Assembly: GCA_964016885.1 (NCBI GenBank)
Contig: OZ024758.1
Span: 2,418,001 to 2,482,000 of the forward strand
Length of the DNA stretch: 64,000 bases
From: Eledone cirrhosa
Lineage: Eukaryota
Reading direction: 5' to 3'
The notes under the pieces are model-generated. The model was not told the DNA's origin. It worked only from the letters and a program-made list of their open reading frames with translations, and did no database searches. This document shows positions 1-13,657 of the stretch, piece after piece. Position 1 is the first letter of the stretch; each line of letters opens with the position of its first letter. The position numbers and the translations under genes are program-made.

Positions 1-190
1 GGAGATAAAGAGGGAGATGGAGAGATAAAGAGGAAGATAGAGAGATAAAGAGGGATACATAGAGATAAAGAGGGAGATGGAGAGATAAAGAGGGAGATGA
101 AGAGATAAAGAGGAAGATCGAGAGATAAAGAGGGATATAGAGAGATAAAGAGGGAGATGGAGAGATAAAGAGGAAGATAGAGAGATAAAG
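1..190. repeat. Purine-rich minisatellite, 20-bp unit (AGAGATAAAGAGGGAGATGG-like)
   Basis: About 9.5 tandem copies visible. Confidence 0.9.
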
Positions 191-409
191 AGCAATATAT
201 AACACTGCTTGTTTGTAAATAATTAGATTCCAAGTCATAGAATCAACAATCGTGATTCTGCATCAGTTTATTTTGACTAATAAATCTTTTGAGGTGAGCA
301 AGGAACAGTTGAAATCTTAGCTTCCATTGATTCACTATCATTCTTTGTTTCGTGACTCTCATTGTCTCTAATTCAGTGGTTTGGTGTTATATATCAGATA
401 TTTAGTCTT

Positions 410-1045
410 CTTCGCCCACTTATTCCTGAGAGAGTCGTGGGGGCAGCAGAATCCTCAAACACTTCTTCCAGTGGATCCTGTCAGAAGCAACCATTTCCAA
501 CTGATCCGGTTGGATCTCCAAACAAGACCAGCCAAGCTCATGGATGTTATTCAACCATCTTGCTCGGTGTCTACTCATGTGTCTCTTGCCGCTTGGTTTT
601 GCCTATAATCTCTTTCCTGAGACATTCTAACCACATGTCCATAGCATCGAAGTTGTGATCTCTCAATTCGGAGAAGTAACAGCTCTACCGTGAGTGCATC
701 TCTGATCTCTGAGCTACAAACATCTCCAGCAATTCTTTCCTGAGACATTCTAACCACATGCCCACCATTGTATCAGAGTTGTGATCTCTCAATTCGGGGA
801 AGTAGCGGCTCTACCCGGAGTGACTCACTGATCTCCGAGCTACAAATCTGTCAAGTAATTCTTCCCTGAGAGATTCTAACCACATATCCATAGTATCAGA
901 GCTGTGATCTCTCAATTCAGTGAAGTAGCGGCTCTACCCGGAGTGACTCACTGATCTCTGAACTACGCACTTTATCTAGAAACGTAACTTCAAAGACTCT
1001 TCGGAGAAATCCCATTGTAGATCGCGAATACAAACCATTTCTGAT
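410..1045 (-). mobile_element. Degenerate RTE-clade LINE 3' end with internal ~118-bp triplication
   Basis: Minus-strand translation MGFLRRV...VRSSEI...VEPLL.RIERSQL..YGHVVRM repeated three times, with stops; related pieces at 25480-25800 (-) and 56320-56680 (+). Confidence 0.75.
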
Positions 1046-1484
1046 AAATCTAAATATGCAGTCTATTTTTGTCAATAATTTGCCTCCTGCCGACAGTGCT
1101 GAGATCTAAATAAAATCGAGTTGGATGAAAGCCTGTCACATCTCCCACACTCAGTGGGACCTGCTCTTCGAAAGTGTTAATGGAGGAGTCTCTACCAGGT
1201 CAAAATAACAGCCAAATGATCCTCAAATCACATCATGCGGCTTTAAAACAGTAAAGATGCGCAAATGAGATGCTAGATATTATATTATGACTGAATCACA
1301 GACACGATGGTCATGGTGAGAATGCTATGGATGATTAGAATAATGAGATGCTAGAGCAGAGTATAAGTTTTCCTCTTGTGACGCTAAACTCCGCCAGCTG
1401 CAGACTGCGCATTAAATCATCAGGAAGCCCCTGATGATTTCTCACGAATGAAACAGTTCTAGTCCTGTAGAAGCTTTTCTATAT

Positions 1485-1562
<78 letters not shown>

Positions 1563-1781
1563 AGATAGACAATGGTTTTTTTTCCTTTCGAAACCTTATA
1601 AAGGGACATAACTAACATATCCCAGGTAACAATGTCTGGTGATTTCTAACTTTTTATTTATTCTATTTATTTATTTATTTGGCTCTAATCTGTTGCTATC
1701 AATGGACTCTTCCATAACATCTAGCATGTGTAACAAGAATGGACCGACCTAAATTCTCTATTACGAGTAAAGTACTTAGGA

Positions 1782-1813
<32 letters not shown>

Positions 1814-1832
1814 TTATATATATATGTATATA

Positions 1833-1877
<45 letters not shown>

Positions 1878-1914
1878 GTACGTATGTATATATGTATATA
1901 TATATATATATTAT

Positions 1915-1991
<77 letters not shown>

Positions 1992-2323
1992 GTACGTAGG
2001 TATATATATATATATACATTACATACATACTTCCATGCATGCACATATATAAATGTGAGTGTGCGTTTGTGTATGTATTTGTGTATGCATGTATATGTAT
2101 GTAAATGTGTAAGTAAGTGTGTATGTGTATGTATGTAATGTTATTGTAATTAACAAAGCTAAGCTGTCAGGTATCACAGCTCTCACTAAGACAGTTACAT
2201 CGTGACAAGTGAACTAATTATCTTGTCCCTCTTGAAATGGGACGAATCTCGTGTCAAAGGTTACCCTTACAATATACGAAAACGACGGAAGAGACCTAGC
2301 TTGACGAAAAGTATCCCATAACA

Positions 2324-2410
2324 TAGGGGTGGGAAAACTATGGCCAGCGGGCCAAGTGCGGCCCGCCAAAGAGTTTTGTGCGGCCCGTGGAAGCACTCGG
2401 CGAATTAATA
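2324..2410 (+). mobile_element. hAT-type MITE left end
   Basis: AGGGGTGGGAAAACTATGGCCAGCGGGCCAAGTGCGGCCCGC resembles hAT/Charlie termini with GGCCCG subterminal motifs. Confidence 0.55.
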
Positions 2411-2440
2411 AAAATCAACACATTTTCGTATATAATAACA

Positions 2441-3195
2441 TTTACACTACTCTATATAAACTATTGTATTTTCACGGTAAAGGCTTTACCTCACATAATA
2501 TCTCACATAATATTTACATTACTCTATATAAACTATTGTATTTTCACGGTAAAGGCTTTACCTCACATAATATCTCACATAATATTTACATTACTCTATA
2601 TAAACTATTGTATTTTCACGGTAAAGGCTTTACCTCTCATAATATCTCACATAATATTTACATTACTCTATATAAACTATTGTATTTTCACGGTAAAGGC
2701 TTTACCTCATATAATATCTCACATAACATTTACATTACTCTATATAAACTATTGTATTTTCACGGTAAAAGCTTTACCTCACATAATATCTCACATAACA
2801 TTTACATTACTCTATATATACTATTGTATTTTCACAGTAAAGGCTTTACCTCACATAATATCTCACATAACATTTACATTACTCTATATATACTATTGTA
2901 TTTTCACGGTAAAGGCTTTACCTCATATAATATCTCACATAATATTTACATTACTCTATATATACTATTGTATTTTCACGGTAAAGGCTTTACCTCATAT
3001 AATATCTCACATAATATTTACATTACTCTATATTTACTATTGTATTTTCACGGTAAAGGCTTTACCTCACATAATATCTCACATAATATTTACATTACTC
3101 TATATATACTATTGTATTTTCACGGTAAAGGCTTTACCTCACATAGTATCTCACATAACATTTACATTACTCTATATATACTATTGTATTTTCAT
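2441..3195. repeat. 72-bp tandem array (~10.5 copies) derived from the piggyBac-like MITE
   Basis: Unit TTTACATTACTCTATATAAACTATTGTATTTTCACGGTAAAGGCTTTACCTCACATAATATCTCACATAATA = reverse complement of the MITE right part. Confidence 0.9.
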
Positions 3196-3332
3196 GATAA
3201 AGTCTCATGATGTGGTTCTGGAATGTAGAGAGCTCCTGAAGTGACCTTGACGTCCAACTAACACAGTCAAGACCATATAACACACTGGTAGGATGTAAGT
3301 ACCAAATATCTTAAGCTTAGCCTAGTGTGTCA

Positions 3333-3401
<69 letters not shown>

Positions 3402-4082
3402 TATATATATAATTATCGGGGTTAACCAAACAGTGATGCTACCGAGAGGAACGTTGGTAAGTTACATATCAAAAAGGTTCTTCGTATAAAAAGACATCAG
3501 CTAAAAATTTCAACAAACCTCAGCTACAAGGAGCAGAGTATGGATGTATATAGAGCGTACTGATCATATTTTATAAAAAGAATACACTCTTAACAGGTGC
3601 AATGTGTCCGAACACGGAAGGGCCGAACTCCCACTGTCTCGCCCTCCCATCTCTCTCGCCCTCCCCATCTCTCTGTATAGTTAGCAAATATGATTCCACG
3701 TGCTGGTTTCCCCACTCCTCGGCGGAGAGATTGGAGAAGGCTTTTCCCCGGAGGATGTTATGGAAGATGTGCTGTGGACCACATTATTGTTCTGACCTGT
3801 ACAAATGATACAAGCCGGAGCTATCAGAACGGACAGTCCCCAGCGAAATATATATAACAGATTTTATATAAAGCTGAACCAACCGAATATGTATGATTGT
3901 ATTTGTGTAAGTATATATATTCACAGTAATATACATATACAGAAATACGTGTGTTTGTGTATGTGTAAGTATGAGTTTTGTAGATACATGTGTAGGCACG
4001 TGATATGACCACGTGATATGACGGGAACTAGTTTAAAAAAGTCAGAATGGACAAGATGGATGTAGATGTCAGATTTATGGTG

Positions 4083-4118
<36 letters not shown>

Positions 4119-4169
4119 GTATGTATATATACATGTATATATATGTATGTGTATATATATATGTGTGTG

Positions 4170-4251
<82 letters not shown>

Positions 4252-4654
4252 ACATGTACAACGTAACTAAGTCAAGGTAATCAGTTTTTTATTTTATTTT
4301 ATTTTTTTTTGTATTTCCGTTTGTCTCCAACACCACAACCAGCACCACCAAAACCATCACCACCACCACTACGACCACCACAGCGCCACCAACACCAAAA
4401 TAACCAGCAACAGCACCACCACCACACCTAGTACAACCACCTGATTCTATGCTCTGTGCACAGGACCATTCCATCACCTGCTTCTCTCTTTAAAACACCA
4501 TAAAACCCTCGATTGCAGCAGGAGTCGACATCAAATTAAAGCTAAATAAAGAGTTGTTCGCCATGTTCAGATACAAACATATCTTGTTTTATTACATTTT
4601 ACTGTTCAACACTTTGTTTGCCACAATATAGGCTTGGCGGCCATTTTGTTGTCA

Positions 4655-5190
4655 TCTTGTTACCGTTGTTGTTACTGTTGTTATTGTTGTTGTTGTTGTT
4701 GTTGTTACTGTTGGTGTTGTTGTTTTGTCTGGTGTTGTTACCGTTGGTGTTGTTTTGTGTTGTTGCTGTTGTTGTTACTGTTGGTGTTGTTGTTTTGTCT
4801 GGTGTTGTTACCGTTGGTGTTGTTTTGTGTTGTTGCTGTTGTTGTTACTGTTGGCGTTGTTGGTGTTTTGTCTGTTGTTGTTTCTGTTATTGTTACTGTT
4901 GTTGTAGTTGTTAGTACCGTTTTTTGTTGTTACTGTTGTTACCTACGAGATCAGATCTAGGTCTCTGAAATGTTGCTGTTGTTTTTGTTTTTATGTTGTT
5001 GGTGTTGTTACTACTGTTGTTGTTACTGTTGGTGTTGTTGGTGATGTTACTACTGTTGTTGCTACTGTTGTTGTTACTGTTGGTGTTGTTGGTGTTGTTA
5101 CTACTGTTGTTGCTACTGTTGGTGTTGTTACTGTTGTCACCTGCGAGATCAGATCTAGGTGTTTGATGTAAGCTATGTCGTTACTGTTGC
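4655..5190. repeat. Degenerate (GTT)n low-complexity tract
   Basis: Direct inspection. Confidence 0.9.
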
Positions 5191-5273
5191 CTACAAGACC
5201 TGATGTAAACTATACATATGTAGAGAGGATATATCTTGTATGTATACACACATTATATATAGGTACGTGTGTG

Positions 5274-5460
5274 AAAAGATTCAGGATCCCGACGGCTGAG
5301 CTCCGGCCGTTTCGACAGCTATTTTGGATCTAGCTGTCGAAACGGCCGGAACTCCGCCATCATCGGGGTCCTGAATCTTTTCTTATTACCCACTCTACTA
5401 CCCCAAGTATCGAGTACTCTGGTGGGTTATGGTCTGCCTGGTTTTTACCACACCCTATCT
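5274..5460. mobile_element. Fold-back palindromic element family A (Penelope-like terminal repeat derivative); other copies 6730-6929, 12640-12820, 21555-21758, 22404-22586, 23002-23148, 23672-23860, 53578-53775
   Basis: ~50-bp inverted arms containing GAAACGGC..GAGCTC..GCCGTCGGGGTC plus an ~80-bp unique tail; mostly flanked by (TA)n. Confidence 0.75.
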
Positions 5461-5508
5461 AGTATATATATATATACATACATATATATCTGCTTACTTT
5501 ATCTCATT

Positions 5509-5589
<81 letters not shown>

Positions 5590-5835
5590 TGGTCAATTCA
5601 AAACCTGTTCCCAAACAGACCTATTATATTAAATCTTTGTTGGTTTTTTTCAATAAACAAATCTCATTACTTCTGAAGACACCATATATATGTGAAGGTA
5701 TGTATATTTCCTCTGATAATTTGTAATATTTTTACATAGATATATATGATATACATACCAACACACATATATCTTAGAAACGATCGTAAAATGATGAATT
5801 TTTTAATATAAGGAACTTGTTCTTTGTTTTTATTA

Positions 5836-5918
<83 letters not shown>

Positions 5919-6673
5919 TTACATATCTTATATATGTATATACTACATATCTTATATATGTATATACTACATATCTTATATATATATATATATATATTAC
6001 ATATCTTATATATACTACCTCGTAGTATTTTTCTATCCTCTGAATTATTTTTATTACTATCGTTTTTTTTTAAATTTAATTTATTAATTTATTTATTTAT
6101 TACACTCCCTTTTATTTCAGTTTTTCACTTCATGCTGCAATAGTTAGCTAATATCGTTGATCCGAACTGTTTAGGTCGGTTGCGGCGTAGTAGGTTTTAG
6201 ACAGTTCAATTTCTAGCTGAAGCAAACTTCTTTGAAAGGGATGTAAAGTAATTAGTAGTAAATTAACCAAAATGAAGACACTTTCAATAGCTGACGCGGG
6301 ACCTCGTATTTTCACGCCCTGGCTCGAGATTTAAGTTTGGCTGTACTTAAAGTGGTTTACTTGTCACATATATTACTCCAATTTAAAGTTCTCTTTTCTC
6401 TATTTCTCTCGTTAGAAGCAGGAATGGGAAGTGTAAAATGTCTGATATACTTATATATATGTGGGGTCGCTGTGTATGTTCAACGTGTGTTAAGAGAACT
6501 CTCTAATTATGGAGGGACAAAGATAGTTAGCTTATAACAAGTATACATATATAGCTAGGCAAACAACGAGCCCGATGGTTCAATGTAAGTTAGGATTCTG
6601 GTGTAATTCAGATAATATCTAATATCTACTTCACAGGCGAGATTGGTTGTCACCCTGTTACCTTGTGTTACTC

Positions 6674-6730
<57 letters not shown>

Positions 6731-6925
6731 AGGAAAGTGTGGTAAGGAACCAGGTGGACCATAACGCACGAGTACTCGATACTTAGGGTAGTAGAGTGGG
6801 TAATAGGAAAAAAGTCAGGACCCTGACGGCTGAGCTTCGGCCGTTTTGACAGCTTGATACGAACTAGCTGTTCGGATCTAGCTGTCGAAACGGCCGGAGC
6901 TCAGCCGTCGGGGCCCTGACCCTTT

Positions 6926-6975
<50 letters not shown>

Positions 6976-7074
6976 GTAGAACACTGGAATGTAATATCCG
7001 CAGTGGTAGAGCACTAAGTCAATGGGACGAGTTTGGTAGAAGTATTAACACAACAGTTAGTACACCATACCGAG

Positions 7075-7120
<46 letters not shown>

Positions 7121-7447
7121 ATTGGAAGATCCCGTTAAGGGTGAAAGCAGCGACTCTTTGCTTAAACTTTAATCTGTTCTTATAATATATATATATATAT
7201 ATATATACACATACACTATTTCTAACAACTGGTACAACCACCCATTAGAAATTATAGAGCTGATAACCCTCAAGACGATCCGGGTTTCTTCACCTTTTTT
7301 GGAGTTGTTTATCTTTACATATAGGTTTAAAATGTATTTATGAACTTCTTTTGTATGATATATACCGGGACTAAGTCCGGTGTATATTATCCCCCAAAAT
7401 ATTTTACCATAACGTCATATGTATCCCTAAACCCTAAGTCATCCTTA

Positions 7448-7580
7448 CATACCAGTTTGAGTCCTGAATCCTAGGTCATCTCTACTTACCAGTTTGAGTC
7501 CTGAATCCTAGGTCATCTCTTCTTACCAGTTTGAGTCCTGAATCCTAGGTCATCTCTACTTACAAGTTTGAGTCCTGAAA
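7448..7580. repeat. 38-bp minisatellite (~3.5 copies)
   Basis: TACCAGTTTGAGTCCTGAATCCTAGGTCATCTCTACTT. Confidence 0.85.
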
Positions 7581-7789
7581 ACAAATACACATTTTTTTAT
7601 TAACTAATTTTGTGGTATTTATCGTTATATAAGGTTCTTGGTTTTCGTCATTTTTATATGCTCTAAAATATTAACGATTTAATTAAGTTAAAAGAGCTTG
7701 GTAACGATTCTGTACAAAATCCAGTTATGAAATAGACATAAAAATAAAACACGGGAATAGTTTAGATAAAGGTAAGACTAAGAAATACT

Positions 7790-8010
7790 CCAGATCAGTG
7801 TGAAATAAAAAGCGACAATAGTAGCATCTATTTAAATACACAGTGCTAATGTCCCTGTAAGTATACGATATATTAAGTCTCTACTTACAAGGGCAGATTT
7901 AATATCTTCTGTCGCAGCACTTTTTCAGAAAGAAGTAACACAAAATCTAATTAACAATGGCTGCACTAACAAACTTTTAGACGAAACCATATATAATTTC
8001 AACCAACACA
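7790..8010 (+). mobile_element. Degenerate Penelope-like element RT C-terminal fragment
   Basis: Frameshifted translation YLNTQC*CP...IKSLLTRADLISS...FQKEV...LINNG..NKLLD resembles the PLE thumb motif YLnf.S.cP...ksLl.RA..isS...f..E.....L.nNGY. Confidence 0.55.
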
Positions 8011-8155
8011 ATACCAACTACAAATAAAGGGAACAATAAATAGACTCGGGGCATGCTACAACCAAATGAATAGACAGCATAAAATAGATGAAAGGATATT
8101 TTGAATATATATATATATATATATATACATATATGTATATACATATATATATATA

Positions 8156-8284
<129 letters not shown>

Positions 8285-8504
8285 ATTGTTTCTACTTTTG
8301 GCACAAGGCCAGCAATTACCCAGTGCATTACTGGTACTTTATTTTATCGACCCCGTAAGGATGAAAGGCAAAGTTAACCTCGATAATATAATATAATATA
8401 ATTTGCACCAAAGTTAATCCCAGACTACCATGAGGGGAGTCACTTCTCTCAATGAAAACCCCACTATGTAGTCGCTTAACCTGCAAGAAATAGCAACCCT
8501 AAAT

Positions 8505-8812
8505 GTAATATCTAACACCTTAATTTAATACCTAACATCTTAATTTAATATTTAACGTCTTAGTTTAATATCTAACATCTAGATTTAATACCTAACATCT
8601 AGATTTAATACCTAACATCTAGATTTAATACCTAACATCTAGATTTAATACCTAACATCTCAGTTTAATATGTAACATCTTAATTTAATATCTAACATCT
8701 TAGTTTAATATGTAACATCTTAATTTAATATCTAACATTTTAGTTTAATATATATGTAACATCTTAATTTAATATCTAACAGCTTAGTTTAATACCTAAC
8801 ATCTTAGTTTAA
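8505..8812. repeat. 20-bp minisatellite (TTTAATACCTAACATCTAGA-like)
   Basis: About 15 tandem copies. Confidence 0.88.
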
Positions 8813-10054
8813 ATTACAAGTACAATCCATTAATGGAACAGTAAAAATATGTAAAACATTCCAAAAATGTTGCATTTAATAACTGCATATACACATGTAC
8901 AGATACAAAGCATATACACATGCACACATACAACTCAAAACATACAATAACATCCATATCTACACATGCAGGCATACATAATCTACCTAGTTGATGTGTA
9001 AATTCCAATGAGAGAGTCTTGTGTCTATGTTAGAAACTGACTCTTGGTAAAACCAGAAGAACATACATACATTCGTGATTATAAAAAATACATATACATA
9101 CATCACATATATACGTGATTATAAAAAATATATCGATATATATGTATACATACATATAAATCTTCGTGATTAGAAAAAAAAAATATCGATATATATGTAC
9201 ACATACATACATATAAATCCTCATGATTAGAAAGAATATACATAGATACATACATACATACATACACACACACATATATATATATACTTGATTAGAAGAA
9301 ACATATCAATATATATGTACACATATTTACCATGTTTTAGTCTACCGTTTGTCATATAATACTCACATAACATATTTATATTTGATGTATGTACGTTCAA
9401 ATGCCATATATTTATTTCTAATTAACTACCACTCAGTCATAGTAATTAGTATAACTTTAATTATTGTTTTATAGCGGGGAAACTGCCAAAACCTCTAATT
9501 CTTTATAACACGTCAGTAATATATTACGAGGAATATAATGTATCATGAAGCAAGATGTTACCTTTACGTAATTATATTTATATTTACACCTGTAATAACA
9601 TTAATATTTACACCTGTATATTTTCCACAAACTAATTACCAGTAATTCCCACAATAAAGGCGATCTTCGGCGAGTGATTCTCTGCTGTGGATGATAATCA
9701 ATAGCTATTTTCTCAATATATATATATATATGTGACGACTCCAGCATAAAGTCTACTCGGGCGTAGCAGCTTTCAAGTCTGTCTATTCAAACCAATAAGT
9801 AATCAACATTTACTTCAGAACACTATATTCGTTCTTGGACCCTAATATTTACTCAGAGAGAGTCATGCAATGTAGTTGATTAATTCTGTATAAAAGACTT
9901 GATTTTTTTCAACACCAAGTGATTAGTTATCAATAAAATCAGATTTAAAATATAGATTATATTAGATAGAAGAATATTTAAATAAGTAAGCATGCATTTA
10001 ATATTCCTATTATAGAGAAACAATGCTTTAAGAATCATTTGTATTATTCATCTA

Positions 10055-10320
10055 AGAAGGATGGGTTTTGCGAGACATTGTTGCAGGGCAAACAACGAGT
10101 GTGTCAGCCATGTTGTTTTATGGAAGCCTGCACATGGTCATAGATGTTGAGATCGTCCTGCAACAACGTATCTGGATATGGTATATGTTGACAAGGGAGG
10201 AAATTTAACGGATCTTGGAGTGATAATACTAGATCAAGACAAACGGAAAGAGTACTGTTTATTAGACCTAAGAAACTCGACTCGTGAGTGGCGTTAATTC
10301 AGGTATGCAAACGGTGTTGC
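10055..10320 (+). mobile_element. Old RTE-like LINE 3' fragment
   Basis: MGFARHCCRANNECVSHVVLWKPAHGHRC*DRPATTYLDM resembles FAGHc.R.......vlLW.P.HG.r.rGRP..TY.D. Confidence 0.6.
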
Positions 10321-11118
10321 ATAACAAATGATATTATACGTCGGTATTATAATCTATTACGTTTCTCTATGAAAATATATCCAAAAATTACTCCGGAGAA
10401 AAATAATATTCTTCTTTTAAAAAACAGAAACTCTTCAAAAAACCTCTTCATTTCTTGTTGTTGAAAAAATTCTGGTTTATTTAGCACAATTAACCCTTTA
10501 TCATTTATATTACTTTATATATACTATTACATTTTCATGGTAAAGGCTTTACCTCATGTAATTATCTCACATAATATTGAATCTATGATATTTATTTTGA
10601 ATATATTATTTATTTTGAGAACAATACCTTAATATAATTATGAGCAGCTAGTTATGGCTGGTTTGAACAGAAAGAGGTGAGAAAATGCTGACCGGATATA
10701 GCCAGTTTGAATGCTAAAGGGTCAAGGAACTGTTTTGTTTGTGCGTCCCTTGAGTTAAAATAACTTTCTATGTATTTCTTTAAAAACATGAAAAAAAAAT
10801 CTATTTAATTTCTTTACTATATTGACTATACTTTTATATTATATGTTAATATTAAAGTTGAAATACAAGTAGACATTAATAAAATTATTTGAAGTACCTC
10901 TTTAGTTGTTGATTTAAAAGATTTTATGCTCTGTATTTTGTATTATTTCATTTAAATCTTAAAATATGCTATTCATATTCAGCAAATATCTGTAACAGAG
11001 ATATCATTTCTGGTCCGTTTAGGTACTTTTTCTGGGCAACTCCCGGTGTTCTGCTAGTATGAATACATGTGTGTGTGTGTATATATGAGTATATTGCCTG
11101 TTTATATTTACACATGCG

Positions 11119-11149
<31 letters not shown>

Positions 11150-11475
11150 GCATATACGCATATAAATACACACAATCGCATATATATATACGTATATATA
11201 TACATATATACACATATATATATATGTGTATATATATATATACATATATGTACATATATACACATATATATACATGTATATATGTATATACATATATATA
11301 CACACATATACACACATATACACATAATATATGTATATATATATATACATATATATACATATATACACACACACATATATATATATACACATATATATAT
11401 ATATACACACATATATATACATATATATATACACACACATACACATATATATACATATATACATACATATATATA

Positions 11476-11602
<127 letters not shown>

Positions 11603-12171
11603 GAGTGAAATGCAATGCACAGCAGGGCGCTATTTGAAGCGTCTGTAGGTTGTGAATATCAAAATTACTTTCAGATGTGAAAGTCAAGCTTTGAATTAAG
11701 TAAGGTATCACAAACAATCAGTGATAAACCAATTTGTTTCTCTGGAAATATCAGATGACACACACAATTCGATTAAATACCGAGCTTTGTTATAATTGTT
11801 TTCTTACCAGGTATGCATTAGCCGTGTTTTGTTTTGCTTTTTGTCTTTTATTTCGGTGACTTTGATTGTCGATTTGTCAGTATATGGCATGTTTAACCAT
11901 TGGCCTTTTCATAGCTTTACTGCAACCTCTTAAGATCTGTGGAGGTCATATAAGTCGGCGCTAGAATCTTGGCAGAGATAAAATAGTCAAAATCTTTCAA
12001 TATGTTAACCTATGGTAGCGTGTTACCTGAGTAATTGGACAGAGGTAAATAATTTACTGCCCTTCACATCAATCAGTATCATTTCAGACAAGGGTTATCC
12101 CAATCATAGGACCTTTACCTTCTTGCCATATGTTGGACGTTATAGTATCTTCCGACAATCATTTCTAGATC

Positions 12172-12212
<41 letters not shown>

Positions 12213-12217
12213 CTGTG

Positions 12218-12265
<48 letters not shown>

Positions 12266-12340
12266 CATATATATATTTATATATAGTATTGATATATAAG
12301 GGAACAAAGAATCAGTGTTGTATCATATACATATTTAATT

Positions 12341-12432
12341 ACATATTACATATGTTTCATTGTCGATCAGCTCGAGGAAAGATCTATTAATGATCGAGCC
12401 TGACTCTGGAATCGGAAGCTCCTCAGATATGT
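12341..12432 (-). ncRNA. Complete type I hammerhead ribozyme motif
   Basis: ACATAT-CTGAGGA-[~61-nt structured stem II]-GAAAC-ATAT-GTA-ATATGT; 6-bp stem I, palindromic stem III ACATATGT. Confidence 0.7.
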
Positions 12433-12463
12433 TTTAACATGTAGACTCCCGTCTGATTACACA

Positions 12464-12546
<83 letters not shown>

Positions 12547-13454
12547 GGTAAACAGAAATAACAACACAATCGGTACAGTATATGGAAGGTATATATTAGG
12601 TTAACGCTTGATATAGCAGGAAGAGGGTCTTAACGTTTGGGACCCCGACGGCTGAGCTCCGGCCGTTTCAACAGCTAGATCCGAGTTAGGATCAAGCTGT
12701 TGAAACGACCGGAGTTCAGTCGTTGGGGTCCCGAATTTTTCACATTACCCATTCTACTACTCCAAGTATCGAGTACTCTGGTGAGTAATAGTCTAACTGG
12801 TTTTTACTGCTTCCATTCTGACACACACCCACACACACACGTATATATATATAACATTTGGCTATTATCTATTTTTCTAAGATCGATGAGGAGTACATTT
12901 CAACATCATGTTTACCCTTGTGTCACACATACAGTCCTACTTTGGTTGAAACAATTATTTGTATTTTCTCGAGTTGACAAAAAGCTTTGTGAGTGAAATT
13001 AAATAAATTCTAAACTGTGTGGAAGTCCGCCAAAAGAATCCTTTTGAAGTGAAACATTTAATCCCTCACCCAGGTTAACACAATCAACACACACTTAGGT
13101 ATCTTTAGTAGAATCTATGTTGCAAGCTTTCGGGCGAGTTTTCCGGTCTGTGGATAACTTCCTCTCTTCATTCCACTAATAATGGAATTCTTGAAAAGGA
13201 GTCTTAGGCACTGCGATTGAACCTTTTTCAATATAAACTGAAATCATTTCTGATCGAACAGACCTGCGATCAGAAGATTTCCTGTTGTGACTATCCAGTC
13301 TTTTTTCTTTCTTTTGTAATGTCTACTTCTAGCTTATCCAATGCCATCTTTCTTTTTTCTGACACCATTCGGCTGTTGTTTCTAGTAGGTCGAGCAACTA
13401 CGTATAGGTTTCCTCAATTGGATCTCCCGTCTATGAAGTTATTATTAAGCCAAT

Positions 13455-13657
13455 GCCAGTATCGGTAGAGGGTCGGACGCCATGCTTTCTAGCATAGTTA
13501 CGTCTCTTTACGGTCTGAGTTCAAATCCCGCCGAAGTTGACTTTGCCTTTCATCCTTAAGGGCTCGATAAAATAAAGTACCAGGTAGGCACTGGGGTCGA
13601 TTTAATCGACTTTCCCCTCTCCCAAAATTCCTGGCCTTGTGCTTATATAAGAAACCA
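13455..13657 (+). mobile_element. tRNA-headed SINE (octopod Nin-domain type), 5'-truncated with TSD ATTATTAAGCCAATGC
   Basis: B-box GAGTTCAAATCCC then TTTGCCTTTCATCCTT..GG..CGATAAAATAAAGTACC; other copies approx. 8284-8382, 20075-20280, 24354-24472, 26341-26445, 32800-32990, 39953-40383 (x2), 43370-43586, 46655-46843, 47587-47776, 54665-54805, 55412-55586, 58620-59003 (x3), 59229-59321, 62888-63038. Confidence 0.85.

Noticed and set aside
2329-3244. Two ~290-aa ORFs with 24-aa repeats
   Set aside because: By-product of a 72-bp MITE-derived tandem array
7121-7175. GAAGATCCCGTTAAGGGTGAAAGCAGCG family (also 28975-29030, 35670-35722) as hammerheads
   Set aside because: Stem II and GAAA are present but none of the three copies has an intact CTGANGA or a clear stem III/NUH; left uncalled
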